The notes: generated from the sequence alone by a model not told the origin. A DNA stretch of 32,000 nucleotides from Escherichia coli (GCF_018884465.1 NZ_CP035860.1); one strand, 5' to 3'; positions 1-20,517 are shown, counted from the stretch's first letter. Numbers and translations are program-made.

Positions 1-1
1 A

Positions 2-121
2 GCACTGGATAACGTGAAGACTTCATTACCGACAGATTTTCCGGAGAACGTGGTGACGGCAGTTGAAACCAATGTGTTGAGGTTGCATGGACGGTTAAGC
101 CGAGAATACGGTAGTAAGTGA
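2..121 (+). CDS. hipA: 3' end of hipA-like toxin kinase gene (partial, last 39 codons)
   Basis: Frame 2 is open from the window edge: ALDNVKTSLPTDFPENVVTAVETNVLRLHGRLSREYGSK*. I recognise this as the HipA C-terminus. The stop is 76 nt before the dif XerC arm, as I recall for K-12. Confidence 0.65.
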   Translation, partial: ALDNVKTSLPTDFPENVVTAVETNVLRLHGRLSREYGSK

Positions 122-197
122 GATATGGGGTTTGGTCGTTGTTAATGAGCACGACAATCATGACCGCCAACGACTGGATTCTTCCTTGGTTTATACT

Positions 198-292
198 GGT
201 GCGCATAATGTGACACGCGTTATGTTGAAAAGGCCGCTGCGATACTCTCCACCGCAGCGGCCTTTTTATACATAACGTCATTGTGCGCACTG
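198..292. other. attL: chromosomal dif XerC arm fused to the phage attP centre, then stem-loop and inverted second dif-like site
   Basis: GGTGCGCATAA (identical to the dif XerC arm) is followed by TGTGACACGCG-TTATGTTGAAA. Next comes the hairpin GGCCGCTGCG/CGCAGCGGCC (232-262), then the inverted site ACATAACGTCATTGTGCGCACT. Confidence 0.8.
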
Positions 293-296
293 AACC

Positions 297-452
297 TTAA
301 AGGATTTCAGTGTCCTTACTTAGTTTGTTGTGTATGGTCATCACCAACGGTAGGACAAGCGTTATCAGGCTGAATATTGTCATGCCTGTGATGCTGCCAA
401 CAACAAAATGCTTTATCAGCAGGTCAAGAATTAAGTCACTGGTTATCTGCAT
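297..452 (-). CDS. Small hydrophobic protein (51 aa), not in the ORF track; downstream of the repressor on the minus strand (copy 1)
   Basis: My own translation gives MQITSDLILDLLIKHFVVGSITGMTIFSLITLVLPLVMTIHNKLSKDTEIL*. It has one clear TM segment, is co-oriented with the RHH gene, and ends just before the attP palindrome. Confidence 0.4.
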   Translation of the reverse strand: MQITSDLILDLLIKHFVVGSITGMTIFSLITLVLPLVMTIHNKLSKDTEIL

Positions 453-515
453 ATTGCCTTGTTTAACTGCTCCTTTGATCTTTCCTGGCCTGTTTGTTTA
501 ACGTTGGGAAAGGGA

Positions 516-716
516 TCACATTGCCTTTTTTTTCTTAAGTTCTTCCTGACTTACCATATCTATTGCTGCGTCTTTTGCGTAGTGATCTATCATGTAAGAC
601 AGTACTTCGGTCCATTTTATGCTCCTTCCTATCTTTTGACTTGCATCAATAGCTAATCTTTCTAGCTTTAGATACTTCTCGTTTGGCACGTTATAACTCT
701 TTCTTTTTTCAGCCAT
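516..716 (-). CDS. Ribbon-helix-helix-like transcriptional regulator, putative phage repressor (66 aa, copy 1)
   Basis: ATG start with an AGGGGG RBS. The pattern KSYNVP (strand) plus two helices is Arc/CopG-like. It is divergent from the structural operon, like the repressors of other integrative inoviruses. Confidence 0.7.
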   Translation of the reverse strand: MAEKRKSYNVPNEKYLKLERLAIDASQKIGRSIKWTEVLSYMIDHYAKDAAIDMVSQEELKKKKAM

Positions 717-848
717 TATTTAGCCCCCTTTTTGTATTTAGCCATCATGTACTCTAGAGCACTTGAGCAAATGTTGTTAATACATCTTGTGTTCATGATG
801 TTTTTTGAGTATGTTCTTTTTCGCTTATCATCATGAGGACATGAGGTC
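717..848. promoter_or_regulatory. Divergent promoter/operator region (copy 1)
   Basis: AT-rich 132-bp gap between divergent genes. It has a direct repeat TATTTAGCC at 717-725 and 735-743, and a candidate rightward promoter TTGTGT(787-792)-N17-TATGTT(810-815). Confidence 0.45.
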
Positions 849-3090
<2,242 letters not shown>

Positions 3091-3120
3091 CTGAATTTTT
3101 AACATTGAGGAGTCTGATTT

Positions 3121-3546
3121 ATGAATCAAATTTATGACAGTTTTCCGTTTCCTTCCCCTGAGGGTTTTACTGCAGGTATGACAATGGCGGGATTTTTTAT
3201 TCACGCCACTGTCATAAATGATGAGGAGTTAAAACCCACGGGTTCTCATTATAACCCTGAGGCTAAACCCAAATATGCCATTGTTATTGCCTATCCGTAT
3301 GAGGACCGAAAATTAAAAGTCCGCCGTGAGGAGCATGAGCGATTTTCCTGTACTGAGGAGGATTTTAAATTTTTTAATTCATGTCCTGATTTGCAGGGCA
3401 AACCTGTTTATCTCACGGTGGATGTTAACTCATGGTCGACAGGCTCTGAACGTCATGGTGTCTGGTATCGTTTTATTTCCGGCTCCATGAAACGTTTTGA
3501 CGGTCAGCCGCTGGGTGCACTGCCCGCAGGTAAAGAAAAAGGCTGA
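3121..3546 (+). CDS. Hypothetical 141-aa protein; positional candidate for ssDNA-binding protein (gV/RstB analogue) (copy 1)
   Basis: GAGGAG RBS. It lies directly after Rep, where inoviruses encode their ssDNA-binding protein. No motif confirms this. Confidence 0.7.
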   Translation: MNQIYDSFPFPSPEGFTAGMTMAGFFIHATVINDEELKPTGSHYNPEAKPKYAIVIAYPYEDRKLKVRREEHERFSCTEEDFKFFNSCPDLQGKPVYLTVDVNSWSTGSERHGVWYRFISGSMKRFDGQPLGALPAGKEKG

Positions 3547-3550
3547 TGAT

Positions 3551-3691
3551 ATGTCTGACGCTGATTTTCTGAACTTTGTTTTATTTGCTGCGCCTGCAAT
3601 GATTTTATTTTCTTCAGGTTTTGGCATCGGAATAAAACTGATTCGCGCCTGTGACTCACAAAGCATTACTGTTCAGCGTTATTATGACTGA
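3551..3691 (+). CDS. Small TM protein (46 aa), candidate minor coat protein (g7/g9 position) (copy 1)
   Basis: Internal ATG of the track ORF 3497-3691: MSDADFLNFVLFAAPAMILFSSGFGIGIKL... It has a single TM segment and lies just upstream of the coat gene. Confidence 0.5.
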   Translation: MSDADFLNFVLFAAPAMILFSSGFGIGIKLIRACDSQSITVQRYYD

Positions 3692-3854
3692 ATTTGATTT
3701 CAGCGGTGTTTTATCCGCACTGAATTCTGGCGTACAGGACGGAGAGCTTTACTGGGCCGTTCTGTATGTCTGGATTGTCTGCTGGCTTCTTGGCTTTGGC
3801 CTTGGTGTTATTTTCACTCTGGTCTGCCGGATGTTCAGCGATGCTGTTAATTAA
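3684..3854 (+). CDS. Small TM protein (56 aa), candidate minor coat protein (copy 1)
   Basis: Its ATG overlaps the previous stop (ATGACTGA). MTEFDFSG...LYVWIVCWLLGFGLGVIFTLV contains a TM segment. Confidence 0.55.
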   Translation: MTEFDFSGVLSALNSGVQDGELYWAVLYVWIVCWLLGFGLGVIFTLVCRMFSDAVN

Positions 3855-3860
3855 TTTTAA

Positions 3861-4121
<261 letters not shown>

Positions 4122-4137
4122 TAGTTATTTAACGACA

Positions 4138-4159
4138 GCGCCCTTCGGGGCGCTTTTTT
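4138..4159 (+). terminator. Rho-independent terminator/attenuator after the coat gene (copy 1)
   Basis: GCGCCC-TTCG-GGGCGC followed by TTTTTT. Confidence 0.75.
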
Positions 4160-4163
4160 AATC

Positions 4164-5501
4164 ATGCCAGGAGTGTTTTGCTTGATTCGTTTTATTATTC
4201 CGCTTCTGTTTTTGTTCTTTTCTTCGCTTTCTTTTGCTGAGGAGAAAGAAGATCCGGATAAGCTTGTTCAGTGTTTTGGCCGTTTCGACTGCAGAACAGC
4301 TTATTCAGATGCGGGAGCATCGATTAAATTAGCCAGGGGAGCTGGTCATATTTATTGTGGTTCCGGTAGTTACGATGCGTGCTCCGGAATAATTCATTAT
4401 TGCGGTAATAGGCTATCAGACTCGTCTCAAGCGCCTTCCACCGTTGGGGTTTTTGTCCATGCCCGGTGGTTCGCATATAAAGTCTGGGATTTAGAGAAGC
4501 GAGAGTGGAGTACCTGCACTCTTGAATATCAGGGTGGTGAGGGGGATTTGACACCTGAATATAATAAGCCGCCAACTGACGAGATTTGTCTTTCTCGTCC
4601 GGTTCTTGATGGTATGACTTTTCCTGGTGTTTATAAAGGTGATGACGGGACCCGTTATGTTAATGTGCAGGGGTGTATTTATGAGGCAACCGGCAATCCT
4701 TTTATTTGTAATCCCGATGATGATACGGTTTGTACTGCCAACTGGAAACCAGTTGCTGTAGATCCTGCATTCTCCGATGATAAGGAGGATGACGGTAGCT
4801 CAGGTGGTGGCAGTTCCGGTGGTGGTAACTCAGGCGGCGGCAGCTCAGGTGGTGGCAGTTCTGGCGGTGGCAGCTCAGGTGGCGGCAGTTCCGGTGGTGG
4901 TAACTCAGGCGGCGGCAGCTCAGGTGGTGGCAGTTCTGGCGGTGGTAGCATAGGTGGTGGCAGTTCCGGTGGTGGTAACTCAGGCGGCGGCAGCTCAGGT
5001 GGTGGCAGTTCCGGTGGTGGTAACTCAGGCGGTGGCAGTTCCTCCGGCGACGGCTGGCTTGGTGATATTCTTGGCTGGTTGCAGCGTATTTGGGTTTCAG
5101 TGAATGATTTAAATAATGCTTTTTCTGTTTCTCAGGCTGATATTACCAGTGCGGTTAGTTCTTATGATTCACAGTTAAATGAATTAATTCATTCTGTAAC
5201 GCCTGAACAGGATGATATGTCTTCATTTGCTGACAGGCTTTTCAGCCTTCTTCCTGATGAGTGGCTTTATATTAATTTTGATAAATTACTTTTAACTGGT
5301 GAACTGCGTCGTTCTGGTGCTCAGCCAGTTCAGATTGAATTTCCGGGAATAAATGGGCTGTATTTTACAATTGACACATCTGATTTTGCTTCAGTTTATG
5401 ATGACATTATCAGGCCTTTATTAGAGTATGCTCTTTATGCATTAACGACTTTGCGTTGTTATTTTATTGTTCGTCGTGTTCTTTTTGTTGACAGGGGGTA
5501 A
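4164..5501 (+). CDS. pIII-like adsorption/minor coat protein with Gly/Ser linker (445 aa, copy 1)
   Basis: It has a signal peptide (..LFLFFSSLSFA|EEK), a Cys-rich N-terminal domain, a (S/N)SGGG repeat linker, and a C-terminal domain with a hydrophobic anchor. TTG at 4182, after AGGAG, is an alternative start. Confidence 0.85.
   Translation: MPGVFCLIRFIIPLLFLFFSSLSFAEEKEDPDKLVQCFGRFDCRTAYSDAGASIKLARGAGHIYCGSGSYDACSGIIHYCGNRLSDSSQAPSTVGVFVHARWFAYKVWDLEKREWSTCTLEYQGGEGDLTPEYNKPPTDEICLSRPVLDGMTFPGVYKGDDGTRYVNVQGCIYEATGNPFICNPDDDTVCTANWKPVAVDPAFSDDKEDDGSSGGGSSGGGNSGGGSSGGGSSGGGSSGGGSSGGGNSGGGSSGGGSSGGGSIGGGSSGGGNSGGGSSGGGSSGGGNSGGGSSSGDGWLGDILGWLQRIWVSVNDLNNAFSVSQADITSAVSSYDSQLNELIHSVTPEQDDMSSFADRLFSLLPDEWLYINFDKLLLTGELRRSGAQPVQIEFPGINGLYFTIDTSDFASVYDDIIRPLLEYALYALTTLRCYFIVRRVLFVDRG
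4794..5046 (+). repeat. About 17 tandem 15-bp units encoding (S/N)SGGG (copy 1)
   Basis: Degenerate ggtggtggcagttcc / ggcggcggcagctca units, read directly from the sequence. Confidence 0.9.
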
Positions 5502-5503
5502 TA

Positions 5504-7057
<1,554 letters not shown>

Positions 7058-7072
<15 letters not shown>

Positions 7073-7203
7073 AGAGTTTAACTCGTCAAATACTAAATCG
7101 TGGGGCCCCGCTGGCCTGCCAGTGGGTTCCGATTTAGTGATTGACGACACTCAGGAAAGATACCCTTGATGAGGGTGATGGTTCACGCAGTGGGCCATCG
7201 CCC
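7058..7203 (+). other. Structured pI-pIV intergenic region: tandem 9-mers plus two hairpins (copy 1)
   Basis: GTGAAGAGT occurs at 7058-7066 and 7069-7077. Hairpin 7092-7138 has the outer stem ACTAAATCG/CGATTTAGT and the inner stem CCCGCTGG/CCAGTGGG. Hairpin 7173-7203 has the stem GGGTGATGG/CCATCGCCC. Confidence 0.5.
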
Positions 7204-7224
7204 TGCTAAGCGGGTTTTTCCTGA

Positions 7225-8472
<1,248 letters not shown>

Positions 8473-8524
8473 GTGCCGACCGGGATTATCAGGACGCGGC
8501 ATCTCAGTTTACCCACCACAACGT

Positions 8525-8620
8525 CAGTGCGCATAATGTGACACGCGTTATGTTGAAAAGGCCGCTGCGATACTCTCCACCGCAGCGGCCTTTTTATACA
8601 TAACGTCATTGTGCGCACTG
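8525..8620. other. Reconstituted phage attP region (junction of copies 1 and 2): 96-nt imperfect palindrome with two inverted dif-like sites
   Basis: Left arm is CAGTGCGCATAATG..CGTTATGT..AAAAGGCCGCTGCG, the loop is ATACTCTCCAC, and the right arm is the near reverse complement. The GC stem plus T-run could also act as a bidirectional terminator. Confidence 0.8.
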
Positions 8621-8624
8621 AACC

Positions 8625-8780
8625 TTAAAGGATTTCAGTGTCCTTACTTAGTTTGTTGTGTATGGTCATCACCAACGGTAGGACAAGCGTTATCAGGCTG
8701 AATATTGTCATGCCTGTGATGCTGCCAACAACAAAATGCTTTATCAGCAGGTCAAGAATTAAGTCACTGGTTATCTGCAT
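8625..8780 (-). CDS. Small hydrophobic protein (51 aa), copy 2
   Basis: Identical to 297-452. Confidence 0.4.
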   Translation of the reverse strand: MQITSDLILDLLIKHFVVGSITGMTIFSLITLVLPLVMTIHNKLSKDTEIL

Positions 8781-8843
8781 ATTGCCTTGTTTAACTGCTC
8801 CTTTGATCTTTCCTGGCCTGTTTGTTTAACGTTGGGAAAGGGA

Positions 8844-9044
8844 TCACATTGCCTTTTTTTTCTTAAGTTCTTCCTGACTTACCATATCTATTGCTGCGTC
8901 TTTTGCGTAGTGATCTATCATGTAAGACAGTACTTCGGTCCATTTTATGCTCCTTCCTATCTTTTGACTTGCATCAATAGCTAATCTTTCTAGCTTTAGA
9001 TACTTCTCGTTTGGCACGTTATAACTCTTTCTTTTTTCAGCCAT
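8844..9044 (-). CDS. RHH-like putative repressor, copy 2
   Basis: Translation identical to copy 1. Confidence 0.7.
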   Translation of the reverse strand: MAEKRKSYNVPNEKYLKLERLAIDASQKIGRSIKWTEVLSYMIDHYAKDAAIDMVSQEELKKKKAM

Positions 9045-9176
9045 TATTTAGCCCCCTTTTTGTATTTAGCCATCATGTACTCTAGAGCACTTGAGCAAAT
9101 GTTGTTAATACATCTTGTGTTCATGATGTTTTTTGAGTATGTTCTTTTTCGCTTATCATCATGAGGACATGAGGTC
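9045..9176. promoter_or_regulatory. Divergent promoter/operator region, copy 2
   Basis: Same sequence as 717-848. Confidence 0.45.
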
Positions 9177-11418
<2,242 letters not shown>

Positions 11419-11448
11419 CTGAATTTTTAACATTGAGGAGTCTGATTT

Positions 11449-11874
11449 ATGAATCAAATTTATGACAGTTTTCCGTTTCCTTCCCCTGAGGGTTTTACTG
11501 CAGGTATGACAATGGCGGGATTTTTTATTCACGCCACTGTCATAAATGATGAGGAGTTAAAACCCACGGGTTCTCATTATAACCCTGAGGCTAAACCCAA
11601 ATATGCCATTGTTATTGCCTATCCGTATGAGGACCGAAAATTAAAAGTCCGCCGTGAGGAGCATGAGCGATTTTCCTGTACTGAGGAGGATTTTAAATTT
11701 TTTAATTCATGTCCTGATTTGCAGGGCAAACCTGTTTATCTCACGGTGGATGTTAACTCATGGTCGACAGGCTCTGAACGTCATGGTGTCTGGTATCGTT
11801 TTATTTCCGGCTCCATGAAACGTTTTGACGGTCAGCCGCTGGGTGCACTGCCCGCAGGTAAAGAAAAAGGCTGA
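11449..11874 (+). CDS. Hypothetical 141-aa protein (ssDNA-binding candidate), copy 2
   Basis: Translation identical to copy 1. Confidence 0.7.
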   Translation: MNQIYDSFPFPSPEGFTAGMTMAGFFIHATVINDEELKPTGSHYNPEAKPKYAIVIAYPYEDRKLKVRREEHERFSCTEEDFKFFNSCPDLQGKPVYLTVDVNSWSTGSERHGVWYRFISGSMKRFDGQPLGALPAGKEKG

Positions 11875-11878
11875 TGAT

Positions 11879-12019
11879 ATGTCTGACGCTGATTTTCTGA
11901 ACTTTGTTTTATTTGCTGCGCCTGCAATGATTTTATTTTCTTCAGGTTTTGGCATCGGAATAAAACTGATTCGCGCCTGTGACTCACAAAGCATTACTGT
12001 TCAGCGTTATTATGACTGA
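11879..12019 (+). CDS. Small TM protein (46 aa), copy 2
   Basis: Identical to copy 1. Confidence 0.5.
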   Translation: MSDADFLNFVLFAAPAMILFSSGFGIGIKLIRACDSQSITVQRYYD

Positions 12020-12182
12020 ATTTGATTTCAGCGGTGTTTTATCCGCACTGAATTCTGGCGTACAGGACGGAGAGCTTTACTGGGCCGTTCTGTATGTCTG
12101 GATTGTCTGCTGGCTTCTTGGCTTTGGCCTTGGTGTTATTTTCACTCTGGTCTGCCGGATGTTCAGCGATGCTGTTAATTAA
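12012..12182 (+). CDS. Small TM protein (56 aa), copy 2
   Basis: Identical to copy 1. Confidence 0.55.
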   Translation: MTEFDFSGVLSALNSGVQDGELYWAVLYVWIVCWLLGFGLGVIFTLVCRMFSDAVN

Positions 12183-12188
12183 TTTTAA

Positions 12189-12449
<261 letters not shown>

Positions 12450-12465
12450 TAGTTATTTAACGACA

Positions 12466-12487
12466 GCGCCCTTCGGGGCGCTTTTTT
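12466..12487 (+). terminator. Terminator after the coat gene, copy 2
   Basis: GCGCCC-TTCG-GGGCGC-TTTTTT. Confidence 0.75.
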
Positions 12488-12491
12488 AATC

Positions 12492-13829
12492 ATGCCAGGA
12501 GTGTTTTGCTTGATTCGTTTTATTATTCCGCTTCTGTTTTTGTTCTTTTCTTCGCTTTCTTTTGCTGAGGAGAAAGAAGATCCGGATAAGCTTGTTCAGT
12601 GTTTTGGCCGTTTCGACTGCAGAACAGCTTATTCAGATGCGGGAGCATCGATTAAATTAGCCAGGGGAGCTGGTCATATTTATTGTGGTTCCGGTAGTTA
12701 CGATGCGTGCTCCGGAATAATTCATTATTGCGGTAATAGGCTATCAGACTCGTCTCAAGCGCCTTCCACCGTTGGGGTTTTTGTCCATGCCCGGTGGTTC
12801 GCATATAAAGTCTGGGATTTAGAGAAGCGAGAGTGGAGTACCTGCACTCTTGAATATCAGGGTGGTGAGGGGGATTTGACACCTGAATATAATAAGCCGC
12901 CAACTGACGAGATTTGTCTTTCTCGTCCGGTTCTTGATGGTATGACTTTTCCTGGTGTTTATAAAGGTGATGACGGGACCCGTTATGTTAATGTGCAGGG
13001 GTGTATTTATGAGGCAACCGGCAATCCTTTTATTTGTAATCCCGATGATGATACGGTTTGTACTGCCAACTGGAAACCAGTTGCTGTAGATCCTGCATTC
13101 TCCGATGATAAGGAGGATGACGGTAGCTCAGGTGGTGGCAGTTCCGGTGGTGGTAACTCAGGCGGCGGCAGCTCAGGTGGTGGCAGTTCTGGCGGTGGCA
13201 GCTCAGGTGGCGGCAGTTCCGGTGGTGGTAACTCAGGCGGCGGCAGCTCAGGTGGTGGCAGTTCTGGCGGTGGTAGCATAGGTGGTGGCAGTTCCGGTGG
13301 TGGTAACTCAGGCGGCGGCAGCTCAGGTGGTGGCAGTTCCGGTGGTGGTAACTCAGGCGGTGGCAGTTCCTCCGGCGACGGCTGGCTTGGTGATATTCTT
13401 GGCTGGTTGCAGCGTATTTGGGTTTCAGTGAATGATTTAAATAATGCTTTTTCTGTTTCTCAGGCTGATATTACCAGTGCGGTTAGTTCTTATGATTCAC
13501 AGTTAAATGAATTAATTCATTCTGTAACGCCTGAACAGGATGATATGTCTTCATTTGCTGACAGGCTTTTCAGCCTTCTTCCTGATGAGTGGCTTTATAT
13601 TAATTTTGATAAATTACTTTTAACTGGTGAACTGCGTCGTTCTGGTGCTCAGCCAGTTCAGATTGAATTTCCGGGAATAAATGGGCTGTATTTTACAATT
13701 GACACATCTGATTTTGCTTCAGTTTATGATGACATTATCAGGCCTTTATTAGAGTATGCTCTTTATGCATTAACGACTTTGCGTTGTTATTTTATTGTTC
13801 GTCGTGTTCTTTTTGTTGACAGGGGGTAA
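12492..13829 (+). CDS. pIII-like adsorption protein, copy 2
   Basis: Translation identical to copy 1. Confidence 0.85.
   Translation: MPGVFCLIRFIIPLLFLFFSSLSFAEEKEDPDKLVQCFGRFDCRTAYSDAGASIKLARGAGHIYCGSGSYDACSGIIHYCGNRLSDSSQAPSTVGVFVHARWFAYKVWDLEKREWSTCTLEYQGGEGDLTPEYNKPPTDEICLSRPVLDGMTFPGVYKGDDGTRYVNVQGCIYEATGNPFICNPDDDTVCTANWKPVAVDPAFSDDKEDDGSSGGGSSGGGNSGGGSSGGGSSGGGSSGGGSSGGGNSGGGSSGGGSSGGGSIGGGSSGGGNSGGGSSGGGSSGGGNSGGGSSSGDGWLGDILGWLQRIWVSVNDLNNAFSVSQADITSAVSSYDSQLNELIHSVTPEQDDMSSFADRLFSLLPDEWLYINFDKLLLTGELRRSGAQPVQIEFPGINGLYFTIDTSDFASVYDDIIRPLLEYALYALTTLRCYFIVRRVLFVDRG
13122..13374 (+). repeat. 15-bp (S/N)SGGG tandem repeat, copy 2
   Basis: Same as 4794-5046. Confidence 0.9.
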
Positions 13830-13831
13830 TA

Positions 13832-15533
<1,702 letters not shown>

Positions 15534-15554
15534 TGCTAAGCGGGTTTTTCCTGA

Positions 15555-16802
<1,248 letters not shown>

Positions 16803-16854
16803 GTGCCGACCGGGATTATCAGGACGCGGCATCTCAGTTTACCCACCACAACGT

Positions 16855-16950
16855 CAGTGCGCATAATGTGACACGCGTTATGTTGAAAAGGCCGCTGCGA
16901 TACTCTCCACCGCAGCGGCCTTTTTATACATAACGTCATTGTGCGCACTG
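16855..16950. other. Reconstituted phage attP region (junction of copies 2 and 3)
   Basis: Same sequence as 8525-8620. Confidence 0.8.
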
Positions 16951-16954
16951 AACC

Positions 16955-17110
16955 TTAAAGGATTTCAGTGTCCTTACTTAGTTTGTTGTGTATGGTCATC
17001 ACCAACGGTAGGACAAGCGTTATCAGGCTGAATATTGTCATGCCTGTGATGCTGCCAACAACAAAATGCTTTATCAGCAGGTCAAGAATTAAGTCACTGG
17101 TTATCTGCAT
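16955..17110 (-). CDS. Small hydrophobic protein (51 aa), copy 3
   Basis: Identical to 297-452. Confidence 0.4.
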   Translation of the reverse strand: MQITSDLILDLLIKHFVVGSITGMTIFSLITLVLPLVMTIHNKLSKDTEIL

Positions 17111-17173
17111 ATTGCCTTGTTTAACTGCTCCTTTGATCTTTCCTGGCCTGTTTGTTTAACGTTGGGAAAGGGA

Positions 17174-17374
17174 TCACATTGCCTTTTTTTTCTTAAGTTC
17201 TTCCTGACTTACCATATCTATTGCTGCGTCTTTTGCGTAGTGATCTATCATGTAAGACAGTACTTCGGTCCATTTTATGCTCCTTCCTATCTTTTGACTT
17301 GCATCAATAGCTAATCTTTCTAGCTTTAGATACTTCTCGTTTGGCACGTTATAACTCTTTCTTTTTTCAGCCAT
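17174..17374 (-). CDS. RHH-like putative repressor, copy 3
   Basis: Translation identical to copy 1. Confidence 0.7.
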   Translation of the reverse strand: MAEKRKSYNVPNEKYLKLERLAIDASQKIGRSIKWTEVLSYMIDHYAKDAAIDMVSQEELKKKKAM

Positions 17375-17505
17375 TATTTAGCCCCTTTTTGTATTTAGCC
17401 ATCATGTACTCTAGAGCACTTGAGCAAATGTTGTTAATACATCTTGTGTTCATGATGTTTTTTGAGTATGTTCTTTTTCGCTTATCATCATGAGGACATG
17501 AGGTC
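17375..17505. promoter_or_regulatory. Divergent promoter/operator region, copy 3 (1 nt shorter)
   Basis: C4 at 17382-17385 instead of C5. On the minus strand this run is the G-run of the repressor RBS. Confidence 0.45.
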
Positions 17506-19747
<2,242 letters not shown>

Positions 19748-19777
19748 CTGAATTTTTAACATTGAGGAGTCTGATTT

Positions 19778-20203
19778 ATGAATCAAATTTATGACAGTTT
19801 TCCGTTTCCTTCCCCTGAGGGTTTTACTGCAGGTATGACAATGGCGGGATTTTTTATTCACGCCACTGTCATAAATGATGAGGAGTTAAAACCCACGGGT
19901 TCTCATTATAACCCTGAGGCTAAACCCAAATATGCCATTGTTATTGCCTATCCGTATGAGGACCGAAAATTAAAAGTCCGCCGTGAGGAGCATGAGCGAT
20001 TTTCCTGTACTGAGGAGGATTTTAAATTTTTTAATTCATGTCCTGATTTGCAGGGCAAACCTGTTTATCTCACGGTGGATGTTAACTCATGGTCGACAGG
20101 CTCTGAACGTCATGGTGTCTGGTATCGTTTTATTTCCGGCTCCATGAAACGTTTTGACGGTCAGCCGCTGGGTGCACTGCCCGCAGGTAAAGAAAAAGGC
20201 TGA
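19778..20203 (+). CDS. Hypothetical 141-aa protein (ssDNA-binding candidate), copy 3
   Basis: Identical translation. Confidence 0.7.
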   Translation: MNQIYDSFPFPSPEGFTAGMTMAGFFIHATVINDEELKPTGSHYNPEAKPKYAIVIAYPYEDRKLKVRREEHERFSCTEEDFKFFNSCPDLQGKPVYLTVDVNSWSTGSERHGVWYRFISGSMKRFDGQPLGALPAGKEKG

Positions 20204-20207
20204 TGAT

Positions 20208-20348
20208 ATGTCTGACGCTGATTTTCTGAACTTTGTTTTATTTGCTGCGCCTGCAATGATTTTATTTTCTTCAGGTTTTGGCATCGGAATAAAACTGATT
20301 CGCGCCTGTGACTCACAAAGCATTACTGTTCAGCGTTATTATGACTGA
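20208..20348 (+). CDS. Small TM protein (46 aa), copy 3
   Basis: Identical. Confidence 0.5.
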   Translation: MSDADFLNFVLFAAPAMILFSSGFGIGIKLIRACDSQSITVQRYYD

Positions 20349-20511
20349 ATTTGATTTCAGCGGTGTTTTATCCGCACTGAATTCTGGCGTACAGGACGGA
20401 GAGCTTTACTGGGCCGTTCTGTATGTCTGGATTGTCTGCTGGCTTCTTGGCTTTGGCCTTGGTGTTATTTTCACTCTGGTCTGCCGGATGTTCAGCGATG
20501 CTGTTAATTAA
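20341..20511 (+). CDS. Small TM protein (56 aa), copy 3
   Basis: Identical. Confidence 0.55.
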   Translation: MTEFDFSGVLSALNSGVQDGELYWAVLYVWIVCWLLGFGLGVIFTLVCRMFSDAVN

Positions 20512-20517
20512 TTTTAA

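Noticed and set aside
310-656. Plus-strand ORFs 310-501 (GTG start) and 459-656, repeated at 8638/8787 and 16968/17117
   Set aside because: They lie antisense to the RHH repressor and the 51-aa TM peptide. They have no convincing RBS and are Cys/Leu-rich with odd composition, so I treat them as shadow ORFs. This remains unproven.
4679-4951. Minus-strand ORF encoding (PPPEL)n
   Set aside because: It is the reverse complement of the GGN-rich (S/N)SGGG linker repeat of pIII, so it is an artefact of the repeat.
4794-5046. Possible CRISPR array or minisatellite
   Set aside because: The units are 15 bp, contiguous and without spacers. They are in frame and inside a CDS whose protein architecture explains them.
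7092-7138. tRNA-like or small-RNA gene in the pI-pIV gap
   Set aside because: Only a single extended hairpin is present. There is no cloverleaf, no anticodon arm and no T-loop consensus, so a DNA-level structure in the phage ssDNA is more likely.
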